The notes below the pieces were generated by a model. It ran no database searches, was not told the DNA's origin, and saw only the letters and a program-made list of their open reading frames with translations. Source: a virus (lineage: Duplodnaviria > Heunggongvirae > Uroviricota > Caudoviricetes). Taken from it: a stretch of DNA of 37,937 nt. The first letter of the stretch is position 1; each line of letters opens with the position of its first letter. Where the stretch lies: IMG/VR virus record IMGVR_UViG_2585427766_000015; one strand, 5' to 3'. The translations under genes and the position numbers were made by a program. Positions 8,421 to 16,593 of this stretch are shown in pieces.

Positions 8421-8911
8421 TCATGAGTCTGTTAAATGACGTTCAGAAATTCATTGAAGCCCATCCGGGGTGTACTTCCGGAGACATTGCGGATGCTTTT
8501 GCAGGTTACTCACGGCAGCGCGTTCTGCAGTCAGCAAGCAAGTTACGTCAGAGTGGGCGTGTGGCTCACCGTTGTGAAGGGGATACACGCAGACATTTCC
8601 CGCGCCTGACTGAGAGAGCGCAGGAGCCGGAACCACAACCAGTTCGTGAAACCAGACCTGCGCGCAATTTCTATGTCGGCACTAACGATCCCCGGGTGAT
8701 TTTGTGCCTGACCCGCCAGGCGGAAGAACTGGAGTCAAGGGGCTTATACCGTCGTGCTGCAACCGTGTGGATGGCGGCATTCCGTGAAAGCCACTCCCAG
8801 CCAGAACGAAACAATTTTCTGGCGCGTCGTGAGCGGTGCTTACGGAAAAGCAGCAAGCGCGCTGCATCGGGTGAAGAGTGGTATCTGTCAGGGAATTACG
8901 TGGGGGCTTAA
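8417..8911 (+). CDS. Hypothetical protein with N-terminal winged-helix-like region and PerC/ANR-like C-terminal motif, 164 aa
   Basis: AEELESRGLYRRAATVWMAA resembles the PerC-family motif; assignment tentative. Confidence 0.4.
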   Translation: MIMSLLNDVQKFIEAHPGCTSGDIADAFAGYSRQRVLQSASKLRQSGRVAHRCEGDTRRHFPRLTERAQEPEPQPVRETRPARNFYVGTNDPRVILCLTRQAEELESRGLYRRAATVWMAAFRESHSQPERNNFLARRERCLRKSSKRAASGEEWYLSGNYVGA

Positions 8912-9237
8912 TGACGACGTTAACTCAATGCCAGCAGCAGGTGCTGGATATGCTGATTTCTTATCAGAAAGAACGTGGCTTCCCGCCAACCAATCAGGAG
9001 GTGGCAACCATGCTGGGATACCGTTCAGTGAATGCAGCGGTGGAGCATCTTCGCGCACTGGAGAAAAAAGGTGTCATCACGATAAAGCGTGGCGTGGCCC
9101 GGGGTATCACTCTTCATACCGCGGTGAAGGACGACGACAGCGAGGCGGTCGGGATTATCCGCGCACTGCTTGCCGGTGAGGAAAACGCAAGGCTGCGTGC
9201 AACCCACTGGTTACATGAGAGGGGCCTGAAAGTATGA
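8911..9237 (+). CDS. LexA N-terminal DNA-binding-domain-like protein lacking the protease domain, about 108 aa
   Basis: MTTLTQCQQQVLDMLISYQKERGFPPTNQEVATMLGYRSVNAAVEHLRALEKKGVI aligns by eye with the LexA N-terminal domain; ATG at 8911 overlaps the upstream stop (TAATG). Confidence 0.7.
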   Translation: MTTLTQCQQQVLDMLISYQKERGFPPTNQEVATMLGYRSVNAAVEHLRALEKKGVITIKRGVARGITLHTAVKDDDSEAVGIIRALLAGEENARLRATHWLHERGLKV

Positions 9238-9623
9238 AGCTGATCCTGCCTTTTCCGCCCAGCGTGAACACGTACTGGCGACACCCCAACAAAGGGGCGT
9301 TTGCTGGTAAGAGCCTGATAAGCGCGGCGGGGCGAAAATTCCAGAGCGCAGCGTGCGCAGCAATAGTTGAGCAGTTACGTCGTCTGCCGAAACCAACGTC
9401 GGCACCTGCTTCAGTGGAGATCGTGTTGTTTCCTCCGGATAACCGGATCCGCGATCTGGACAACTATAACAAGGCGCTGTTTGACGCCCTGACCCACGCG
9501 GGTGTGTGGGAAGACGACAGCCAAGTGAAAAGAATGTTGGTGGAGTGGGGACCGGTTATCCCGGAAGGGAAGGTCGAGATCACTATCAGTAAGTACGAGA
9601 AACCGGCGGGTGCAGCCGCCTGA
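9234..9623 (+). CDS. rusA: RusA-family Holliday junction resolvase, 129 aa
   Basis: MKLILPFPPSVNTYW... with conserved DxDN (RDLDNYNKALFDAL) characteristic of RusA. Confidence 0.85.
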   Translation: MKLILPFPPSVNTYWRHPNKGAFAGKSLISAAGRKFQSAACAAIVEQLRRLPKPTSAPASVEIVLFPPDNRIRDLDNYNKALFDALTHAGVWEDDSQVKRMLVEWGPVIPEGKVEITISKYEKPAGAAA

Positions 9624-9642
9624 TTAAGAGGAGAAACGAAGT

Positions 9643-10440
9643 ATGAATAATCTGATGGTCATTGATGGTATTGAAGTTCGTCGTGATGCTTATGGTCGTT
9701 ACAGCCTGAACGATCTGCACAGGGCTGCCGGTTCTCTGGATAAGCATAAGCCTGCATTCTGGCTCCGCAATGAGCAAACTGAACGTTTAATAAGCGAGTT
9801 GCAGATTTGCAACTCGGTCAATATAGAGCCAGTTAACGTTATTCGTGGCGGAAATAACCAGGGGACGTATGTCTGCAAAGAACTGGTGTATGCCTATGCA
9901 ATGTGGATCAGCCCGTCATTCCATCTGAAGGTGATCCGTACTTTCGACATGGTAACCAGCGCACCGGAAAAATTATCCGGACAGGCTGCTGACAAGATGC
10001 AGGCTGGTGTGATTCTGCTGGACTTTATGCGCCGGGAATTAAACCTGTCTAACTCTTCAGTGCTTGGTGCCTGTCAGAAACTCCAGGAGGCTGTTGGCTT
10101 ACCGAATCTGGCACCGCGCTATGCCATTGATGCTCCTGCTGACGCGCCTGATGGCTCAAGTCGCCCGACACTGTCGCTGAGTGCACTGCTGAAACAGTAT
10201 GGTATCCGCCTTACGGCTAATCAGGCATATCACCAGATGGTGAAGCTGGGGATCGTTGAACAACGCGAACGATACAGCCGTACCGCGATTAACAACATCA
10301 AAAAATTCTGGTCGCTGACGGCGAAAGGCTGCATGTTCGGCAAGAACATCACCAGTCCTGCAAATCCGCGCGAGACGCAGCCGCATTTCTTCGAATCCCG
10401 ATTCCCTGAGCTGTTAAAACTGCTCGATACCGTTCATTGA
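9643..10440 (+). CDS. KilA-N domain protein (antirepressor-like), 265 aa
   Basis: N-terminal KilA-N-like region (VIDGIEVRRDAYGRYSLNDLHRAAG ... FWLRNEQTERLI). Confidence 0.7.
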   Translation: MNNLMVIDGIEVRRDAYGRYSLNDLHRAAGSLDKHKPAFWLRNEQTERLISELQICNSVNIEPVNVIRGGNNQGTYVCKELVYAYAMWISPSFHLKVIRTFDMVTSAPEKLSGQAADKMQAGVILLDFMRRELNLSNSSVLGACQKLQEAVGLPNLAPRYAIDAPADAPDGSSRPTLSLSALLKQYGIRLTANQAYHQMVKLGIVEQRERYSRTAINNIKKFWSLTAKGCMFGKNITSPANPRETQPHFFESRFPELLKLLDTVH

Positions 10441-10441
10441 G

Positions 10442-11437
10442 GTGACCGTGAGAGCACTACTGACCCCTGAAATTGCCCCGCGTATGGGGATTGTATTGTT
10501 CAGGCCAGGTTCAGAGCTGATGCCCCTGTTTATGCAGGGGCGTGTCCTGCTGGAGCCTGAGCCGGAACGTTATTCATCTTTCGCCAGTGGTGCCGTTCCG
10601 GCGGCATCACAACCGCTGGCGGATGATCCTGCCGTTCGGGCCGTGCTCCGCAATGAGGCAGTGATCCGTCGTGCTGGTGGCGTGGAATGTCTTGAAAGCT
10701 GGTTACTTCGTGAAAAGGGCTGTCAGTGGCCTCATTCCGACTGGCACAGCGAGAACATGACCACAATGCGGCACGCTCCGGGAGCAATTCGTCTGTGCTG
10801 GCACTGCGATAACCAGCTGCGTGACCAGTTCACGGAACGGCTGGAATCAATGGCAACGGATAACTGTGCCCGCTGGGTGTTGTCTGTTGTGCGTCGGGAT
10901 CTCGGTTTTGATGATAGTCACGTTGTGACAATGCCGGAACTGTGCTGGTGGCTGATTCGTAATGACCTGGCGGATGCCTTACCGGAAAGTGCAGCCCGTA
11001 AGGCACTGAGATTACCAAAGCCTGTTGTGCCGTCTGTCACCCGGGAAAGTGACCTTGTGCCTTCGGTTCCTGCCACCAGCATCATCCAGGATAAGGCGAA
11101 AAAGGTGCTGGCGCTGAAAGTGGATCCGGAGTCGCCGGAGTCTTTTATGTTACGCCCAAAACGTCGCCGCTGGGTTAATGAAAAGTACACGCGCTGGGTT
11201 AAGACACAGCCGTGTGCATGTTGTGGAAAGCCCGCTGATGATCCCCACCACCTGATAGGTTACGGTCAGGGTGGAATGGGAACAAAAGCGCATGACCTTT
11301 TTGTGTTGCCTTTGTGCAGAAAGCATCACGACGAGCTGCATGCGGATACCGTGGCATTTGAAGAAAAGTATGGCTCCCAGCTGGAGCTGATATTTCGTTT
11401 TATCGATCGCGCGCTGGCAATTGGCGTGCTGGCCTGA
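10442..11437 (+). CDS. DUF968-like protein with C-terminal zinc-binding/HNH-like motif, 331 aa
   Basis: C-terminal CACCGKPADDPHHLIGYGQGGMGTKAHDLFVLPLCRKHHDELH; start may be the internal ATG at about 10484. Confidence 0.55.
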   Translation: MTVRALLTPEIAPRMGIVLFRPGSELMPLFMQGRVLLEPEPERYSSFASGAVPAASQPLADDPAVRAVLRNEAVIRRAGGVECLESWLLREKGCQWPHSDWHSENMTTMRHAPGAIRLCWHCDNQLRDQFTERLESMATDNCARWVLSVVRRDLGFDDSHVVTMPELCWWLIRNDLADALPESAARKALRLPKPVVPSVTRESDLVPSVPATSIIQDKAKKVLALKVDPESPESFMLRPKRRRWVNEKYTRWVKTQPCACCGKPADDPHHLIGYGQGGMGTKAHDLFVLPLCRKHHDELHADTVAFEEKYGSQLELIFRFIDRALAIGVLA

Positions 11438-11452
11438 TTTTTTCGGAGAAAG

Positions 11453-11818
11453 GTGATGCGTGATATTCAGATGGTTCTGGATCGTTGGGGAGCATGGGCG
11501 GCGAGTGATAGTTCAGGAGTAGATTATTCTCCTATAGCTGCTGGGTTTAAAGGGCTTCTTCCCTATACAAGCAAAACACGTCAGGCTTGTTCAGATAGTG
11601 ATGCATTAATTATTGAAGGTTGTCTTGCACGTCTAAAGCAAAAAAGACCTGATGAGCATTCGCTTCTTGTGGCACATTATTTATACAGAATATCCAAGCG
11701 TAAGATTGCAAAGGCGCGTGGAAAGGATGAGAAACTAATACGCATTGAGATACAGATGGCTGAGGGGTTTATTGATGGATGCCTTTCAATTCTGGATGTT
11801 AAACTTGAAATGGATTAG
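11453..11818 (+). CDS. Putative late-gene antiterminator (phage 82 Q-like family), 121 aa
   Basis: MMRDIQMVLDRWGAWAA ... IAAGFKGL ... resembles the small Q-type antiterminators; sits upstream of the late promoter/terminator region. Confidence 0.55.
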   Translation: MMRDIQMVLDRWGAWAASDSSGVDYSPIAAGFKGLLPYTSKTRQACSDSDALIIEGCLARLKQKRPDEHSLLVAHYLYRISKRKIAKARGKDEKLIRIEIQMAEGFIDGCLSILDVKLEMD

Positions 11819-11823
11819 TGAAA

Positions 11824-11841
11824 CCCCGGCTTAAGCCGGGG
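11824..11841. terminator. GC-rich hairpin (CCCCGGC-TTAA-GCCGGGG) between the convergent Q-like and NYN genes; possible bidirectional terminator
   Basis: 7-bp perfect stem with short T-rich flanks on both strands; the NYN stop codon lies in the loop. Confidence 0.45.
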
Positions 11842-12694
11842 ATGTTTCAGATTGAAGTGTTTTTTTCTTGGGCTCGTTCTTAGATGATTTTGTTTTCTTT
11901 TGACGATTGAGTTTTTTCTCTTTGCGTCTGTCAATATAATCGTCCCACCAATCAGGTTTTACTGTTGGGACGATTCTGCAAATATCAGCAATTGCAACAA
12001 CAATGTTGCTCGATTGCACTCCATCGACGTGCTCTGCCAGTGAGGGAGGAACTTGTTGGTTCATTGGATCGAGGATAAAATCTACACCCTTTATACGGGC
12101 ATGTTTAGCGGCAGGAACGAAATCAGCATCGCCAGCAATCAGGACGATCACATCAACTAGTTTCTCATGAGCAAGGATAGTTATATCCATACCAAGCTTA
12201 ATATCGACGGCTTTTTGTTTATATTCGTAGTAGAAATCGTCGTTAGTTAACTCAGACCATTGAATTTCATTACGTAATAGTTTCTTAAGAGTATGTTCTT
12301 TTATTTGCCAGTTACCGACGTTTGAAAGAATACCCATACGAAGTGCCGTTTTACGATTCTTCCTTAGCTCCTCATGAAGCTTGTTTCGTAAAACATTCGG
12401 AGCATGTGTCTTGAAGTTTTTAGTTGATGGGGTTTTGTTGTCTCCATCAGGCAAAGGATACTTAATCTGTTTATCAAGCGGCGGGCAGTCGTAATAGTAA
12501 ATACGGTAAAGCTCAAGTGGTTCACGGTCAGCGTGAGCACCATGTCGAACCTCTACATGAAATTTAACAATTCGCCAGATTATTTTAACAAGTTGTTGGC
12601 TGTCTAACTCATGCCCAGGGAAATGTTTTCGTAGAAAGTAATCAATCCGACGGATGAAGTAGCCGCCGTCAATCAAGACTGCTGTTTTCTTCAT
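11831..12694 (-). CDS. NYN-domain (PIN-like) putative ribonuclease with Lys-rich C-terminal tail, about 287 aa
   Basis: Conserved acidic motifs of the NYN/LabA fold (LIDGGYF, VDIKLGMD, IAGDADFVPA); start taken at the ATG at 12694 (MKKTAV); the ORF track extends to a GTG at 12706. Confidence 0.8.
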   Translation of the reverse strand: MKKTAVLIDGGYFIRRIDYFLRKHFPGHELDSQQLVKIIWRIVKFHVEVRHGAHADREPLELYRIYYYDCPPLDKQIKYPLPDGDNKTPSTKNFKTHAPNVLRNKLHEELRKNRKTALRMGILSNVGNWQIKEHTLKKLLRNEIQWSELTNDDFYYEYKQKAVDIKLGMDITILAHEKLVDVIVLIAGDADFVPAAKHARIKGVDFILDPMNQQVPPSLAEHVDGVQSSNIVVAIADICRIVPTVKPDWWDDYIDRRKEKKLNRQKKTKSSKNEPKKKTLQSETSPA

Positions 12695-12706
12695 TGAAAA
12701 ACTCAC

Positions 12707-13070
12707 AAAAAAAGCTCAGAACCGTTGAGTAGACCCTAAATATTATCTACGAACAGTGCTGAGCTGGTGACGCAATAATTAACTATTGACATTTGCGTTG
12801 TCAACAAATTTTGCACTGTTTAAATGTAAATTTTTTCTGCTGTCAACATATAGTGTCATCTTTGGCATGTTGACACTATATAAACGCTTACGCGGTCCGC
12901 AAAAATAATTGTATCATGTTAAGAGTGGTTACTTCGACTCCTTCCTTAAAACCGCAGTTGAGCGGTTTTTTTGTACCTGTAAACCTGGTGCAGTACAGTA
13001 AACACGCTGGTGGTCGTGAATACTGGCTTTTTATCTTGCTGGCTTTTTAGACAAGAGTTATTGGTATGTC
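12707..13070. promoter_or_regulatory. Divergent regulatory region: NYN-gene promoter and putative late promoter, with repeated TGTCAACA/TGTTGACA motifs and an 11-bp inverted repeat (ATATAGTGTCA ... TGACACTATAT)
   Basis: Several TTGACA-type hexamers and palindromes read directly; followed by the terminator at 12948-12973. Confidence 0.4.
12948..12973 (+). terminator. Intrinsic terminator (tR'-like) upstream of the late operon
   Basis: AAACCGC-AGTTGA-GCGGTTT hairpin followed by a 7-T run; position analogous to lambda tR', where Q-mediated antitermination acts. Confidence 0.6.
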
Positions 13071-13298
13071 ATGTTAACCAGAAGGGAAAAAGACATGCTA
13101 AAACAGCAAGATATGACAGAAACCGCCGCCGTAGTCCTTCATTTCCTACCTGCTGACAAGTGGGTAACGCCACGCATGATGACGAGAACTACCGGAGTAA
13201 GCGAAGCCCGGTGCCAGTTAATACTGACTCAGTTAGTTCTGGCGGGTCTGGCGAAGGATAACGGCGGGTATGGGAATAAATTCAGACGCTGCCAGTAA
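13071..13298 (+). CDS. Small putative winged-helix DNA-binding protein (PapI/FaeA-like?), 67-75 aa
   Basis: Pattern resembles small winged-helix regulators (TGVSEARCQLILTQLVLAGLA); alternative ATG at 13095 has a better Shine-Dalgarno. Assignment tentative. Confidence 0.4.
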   Translation: MLTRREKDMLKQQDMTETAAVVLHFLPADKWVTPRMMTRTTGVSEARCQLILTQLVLAGLAKDNGGYGNKFRRCQ

Positions 13299-13448
13299 TG
13301 GCGGTTTCCTGCTGTGAAAATGGGCGGCTGGTGGGTGTTGGTAGCACCTGCCAGCCATTCGCTCATGCTTACTGGTCACAAGCGAACCACGGCCCACTGC
13401 TTTAGCGCAAAAGCAGAGTGAGCCTACCAGAGTTACGCTTACTGATCC

Positions 13449-14501
13449 ATGAAAAATACTGTAAAAATAAACAGTGTTGATTTAATCAACGCTGATTGCC
13501 TGCATTTTATTCAGTCCCTGCCTGATGATTCCATTGACCTGATTGTTACCGATCCGCCGTACTTCAAGGTGAAACCCAACGGCTGGGACAATCAGTGGAA
13601 AGGGGACGAAGATTACCTTAAGTGGCTGGACCACTGTCTGGCCCAGTTCTGGCGGGGGTTAAAACCTGCCGGAAGCCTTTACCTGTTCTGTGGGCATCGC
13701 CTGGCATCTGATATTGAGATCATGATGCGTGAACGTTTCAACGTGCTTAACCATATCATCTGGGCGAAGCCGTCCGGACGTTGGAATGGGTGTAATAAAG
13801 AAAGTCTGCGCGCATATTTTCCTGCCACAGAGCGCGTTCTGTTTGCTGAACATTACCAGGGGCCATATCGCGGCAAAAGTGACGGCTATGCGGCAAAAGA
13901 AAGGGAACTCAAACAGCACATAATGGCACCGCTGATATCGTATTTCAGGGATGCTCGTGCCGAACTGGGTATAACGGCAAAACAAATTGCCGAAGCCACA
14001 GGTAAGAAAAATATGGTTTCCCACTGGTTTGGTGCCAGTCAGTGGCAGTTGCCGAATGAGGCTGACTATCGGAAGTTACAGGCACTGTTTTCCCGTATAG
14101 CGGCAGAGAAGTTTCAGGAACAACAACTGGAACAACCACACCACCAGCTGGTGGCATCTTATGATTCACTGAATCGCAAATATTCTGAATTGCTGGATGA
14201 GTTTAAATCTCTCCGGCGCTATTTCTCCGTATCAGTCTCCGTGCCTTATACCGATGTCTGGACGCATAAGCCCGTTCAGTTCTACCCGGGTAAACATCCG
14301 TGCGAGAAACCGGCGGATATGCTCCGGCAAATAATCAATGCCAGTAGTCGACCTGGTGATCTGGTTGCTGATTTCTTTATGGGATCCGGTTCCACAATAA
14401 AAGCAGCAATGGCGCTGGGGCGTCGGGCGTTAGGTGTTGAACTTGAGTCAGAGCGGTTTAATCAGACGGTGAAAGAGGTAAGTGAACTGGTGGGGAAATA
14501 A
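13449..14501 (+). CDS. DNA methyltransferase (N6-adenine/N4-cytosine type, beta-class), 350 aa
   Basis: N-terminal DPPY motif (DLIVTDPPYF) and C-terminal AdoMet-binding FxGxG (FFMGSGST). Confidence 0.85.
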   Translation: MKNTVKINSVDLINADCLHFIQSLPDDSIDLIVTDPPYFKVKPNGWDNQWKGDEDYLKWLDHCLAQFWRGLKPAGSLYLFCGHRLASDIEIMMRERFNVLNHIIWAKPSGRWNGCNKESLRAYFPATERVLFAEHYQGPYRGKSDGYAAKERELKQHIMAPLISYFRDARAELGITAKQIAEATGKKNMVSHWFGASQWQLPNEADYRKLQALFSRIAAEKFQEQQLEQPHHQLVASYDSLNRKYSELLDEFKSLRRYFSVSVSVPYTDVWTHKPVQFYPGKHPCEKPADMLRQIINASSRPGDLVADFFMGSGSTIKAAMALGRRALGVELESERFNQTVKEVSELVGK

Positions 14502-14577
14502 TTCTGGTGGCCACGTTGCGTGGCCTTTTTATTTCCAACACAGCACCCGCAAATATCGCGAGGTGAGAGATGACGAA

Positions 14578-14904
14578 ATGCCTCATAACCCAAATACCTG
14601 GCTGGACTTGGTCCAGAGCTGGTGGCGTGGAGACACACCGCTGGGTGCAGTGATTATGTCGATCGTTATGGCTGGTTTGCGCATCGCCTATTTTGGCGGT
14701 GGTGGGGGCTGGAAACGAAAAACACTCGAAATTCTACTCTGTGGCGCTCTGACGCTGACTTTTGCATCCGCTCTTGAGTATGTCGGATGGCCTAAATCAC
14801 TTTCTGTTGCCATTGGTGGTGGTGTTGGGCTGATCGGTGTCGATGCTATTCGTGGGGCAGCAATGCGAGTAATCGGTAACAAATTTGGTAGCTCGAAGGA
14901 GTAA
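14578..14904 (+). CDS. Holin (lambda S-like family), about 108 aa
   Basis: Hydrophobic helices with Gly-rich segments and charged C-terminus; immediately precedes the endolysin; start taken at the ATG at 14578. Confidence 0.7.
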   Translation: MPHNPNTWLDLVQSWWRGDTPLGAVIMSIVMAGLRIAYFGGGGGWKRKTLEILLCGALTLTFASALEYVGWPKSLSVAIGGGVGLIGVDAIRGAAMRVIGNKFGSSKE

Positions 14905-14907
14905 TTT

Positions 14908-15384
14908 ATGCAGGCACTAAATTCCCAGCGTAAAGCTTTCCTTGATATGGTGGCATGGTCAGAAGGAACGGATAACGGGCGACAACCGACACGTAACCAC
15001 GGTTATGACGTTATTGTTGGTGGTGAACTGTTTACTGATTACTCCGATCATCCTCGCAAACTTGTCACGCTAAACTCCAAACTCAAATCAACAGCCGCCG
15101 GACGTTACCAGCTTCTTTCACGTTGGTGGGATGCTTACCGTAAACAGCTTGGTTTGAAAGACTTCTCCCCCAAAAGCCAGGACGCTGTGGCATTGCAGCA
15201 GATTAAAGAACGTGGCGCTTTACCGATGATTGATCGTGGTGATATTCGTCAGGCTATCGACCGTTGCAGCAATATATGGGCTTCATTACCCGGTGCAGGT
15301 TACGGTCAGTATGAACATAAAATCGGTGACCTGATTGCCCGATTTAAAGAGGCTGGTGGGGTGGTAAATGAAGTTGAGTTATAA
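14908..15384 (+). CDS. Endolysin, lambda R-type lytic transglycosylase, 158 aa
   Basis: Near-identical by recollection to lambda R (NQRKAFLDM(V/L)AWSEGTDNGRQ ... YDVIVGGELFTDYSDHPRKLVTLN ...). Confidence 0.92.
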   Translation: MQALNSQRKAFLDMVAWSEGTDNGRQPTRNHGYDVIVGGELFTDYSDHPRKLVTLNSKLKSTAAGRYQLLSRWWDAYRKQLGLKDFSPKSQDAVALQQIKERGALPMIDRGDIRQAIDRCSNIWASLPGAGYGQYEHKIGDLIARFKEAGGVVNEVEL

Positions 15385-15760
15385 GCTGACTATCTCTGCT
15401 TTCTTCTTTACTGTTATTGGCTCTTTCATCTGGTCAGCGAATCACTACTACAGCAAATATCAGCACGAAAAGAAACGTGCTGATGAGGCTGTACAAAATG
15501 CCAAATCGGCAACTGCCATTACCAATAACGTCCTGCAATCACTGCAAATCGTCAATACAGTACTGGAGGCTAACCAGCATGCAAAACAGCAGATCGCACT
15601 GGAGTCACAGAGAACCCAGGAAGATATCAAAATGGCTGTTGCGGATGATGATTGTGCTTCACGTGCTGTGCCTGCTGCCGCTGCTGACCGGTTGCGGAAG
15701 TACGCGGACAGTTTACGTGAGCGTTCCGGTGGCACCACTGCCACCCAGCCTGACTTCTGA
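15368..15760 (+). CDS. Rz-like inner-membrane spanin (i-spanin), 130 aa
   Basis: N-terminal transmembrane helix, coiled-coil periplasmic region, position after the endolysin, overlapping Rz1 frame. Confidence 0.7.
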   Translation: MKLSYKLTISAFFFTVIGSFIWSANHYYSKYQHEKKRADEAVQNAKSATAITNNVLQSLQIVNTVLEANQHAKQQIALESQRTQEDIKMAVADDDCASRAVPAAAADRLRKYADSLRERSGGTTATQPDF

Positions 15761-15902
15761 TACTCCTGTACCGTTTATACCTAATCCGCTGACGTATGGT
15801 GCCAGTCTGGAGCTGAATGTGAGTCTGTTGTCTGCGCTGGCTAACTGCAATCGGGATAAAGCTGATATTCGTAAAATAGATGCAGAGAGAACTAACCATT
15901 AA
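15645..15902 (+). CDS. Rz1-like outer-membrane lipoprotein spanin (o-spanin), about 85 aa, overlapping the Rz 3' end in the +1 frame
   Basis: Lipoprotein signal peptide with lipobox (MMIVLHVLCLLPLLTGC), Pro-rich mature region. Confidence 0.6.
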   Translation: MMIVLHVLCLLPLLTGCGSTRTVYVSVPVAPLPPSLTSDTPVPFIPNPLTYGASLELNVSLLSALANCNRDKADIRKIDAERTNH

Positions 15903-15923
15903 GCAATAAAATTGTCAAATTAA

Positions 15924-16550
15924 TCAGTTGTCAAATGAATATACGTTAAAGGTATATGTCGACATAATTTCACCAAGTACCTCAATACATACACTTTTTT
16001 TATGAAAATTACTGGGAAATGAACTTAGCTCCTCAAGACATTGCACATAAGTGCTGATATCACTTGCATCACGTTCAAGGAATTTCACTTGACCAAAAGA
16101 AGGAGTTTTAATCTTGGTTCTTTGCTGGATTATATGGATAAAGTGTGTAGTTGGTGAAACTATTACTCTTGAAATATCGGAAATGATGTCTTCTTGAACT
16201 TGCCGATAAAGTAAATCCTTTGGGTAATGGTGTTTAATCTCGATGGTTGCAACATTGCCATTATGTTCAGACGTTAATATCGACTGGTTATAAAGTGATA
16301 TGTCAACAGCGCCGATACCGAGTTTTGGATGCTCACTTAAAGCAGTTAGTGTGCTGATTTGATTGAGTATAACAACTAACTCATCACGTATTTGTGTTTC
16401 ATGTTTGCGATTGTAGAAGTAGCCATTCAGTTCATTTAACTTTTTATGCATCCTATCGTGACTAATTGCTTCGATCAGTAAATCCTGAATCATACTTTTC
16501 TCTAGATAATCCGAACGGTTGTAAGTGACAGTATTGTGCTGGCATGTCAT
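15924..16550 (-). CDS. Hypothetical protein, 208 aa (possibly 189 aa from internal ATG), AT-rich; candidate nuclease-like effector
   Basis: Downstream gene of an antisense two-gene cassette; GAVDIS ... (17 aa) ... ATIEIKHHY has the spacing of a PD-(D/E)xK core (inference only). Confidence 0.6.
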   Translation of the reverse strand: MTCQHNTVTYNRSDYLEKSMIQDLLIEAISHDRMHKKLNELNGYFYNRKHETQIRDELVVILNQISTLTALSEHPKLGIGAVDISLYNQSILTSEHNGNVATIEIKHHYPKDLLYRQVQEDIISDISRVIVSPTTHFIHIIQQRTKIKTPSFGQVKFLERDASDISTYVQCLEELSSFPSNFHKKSVCIEVLGEIMSTYTFNVYSFDN

Positions 16551-16593
16551 TAATATGTAAAGGTATTGTGAATGCCAGAAAGATAACGAAGTA

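Noticed and set aside
12971-13010. Possible LexA/SOS box (CTGTAAACCTGGTGCAG) after the tR'-like terminator
   Set aside because: CTG and CAG are separated by 11 nt rather than the canonical 10, and the centre is not AT-rich.
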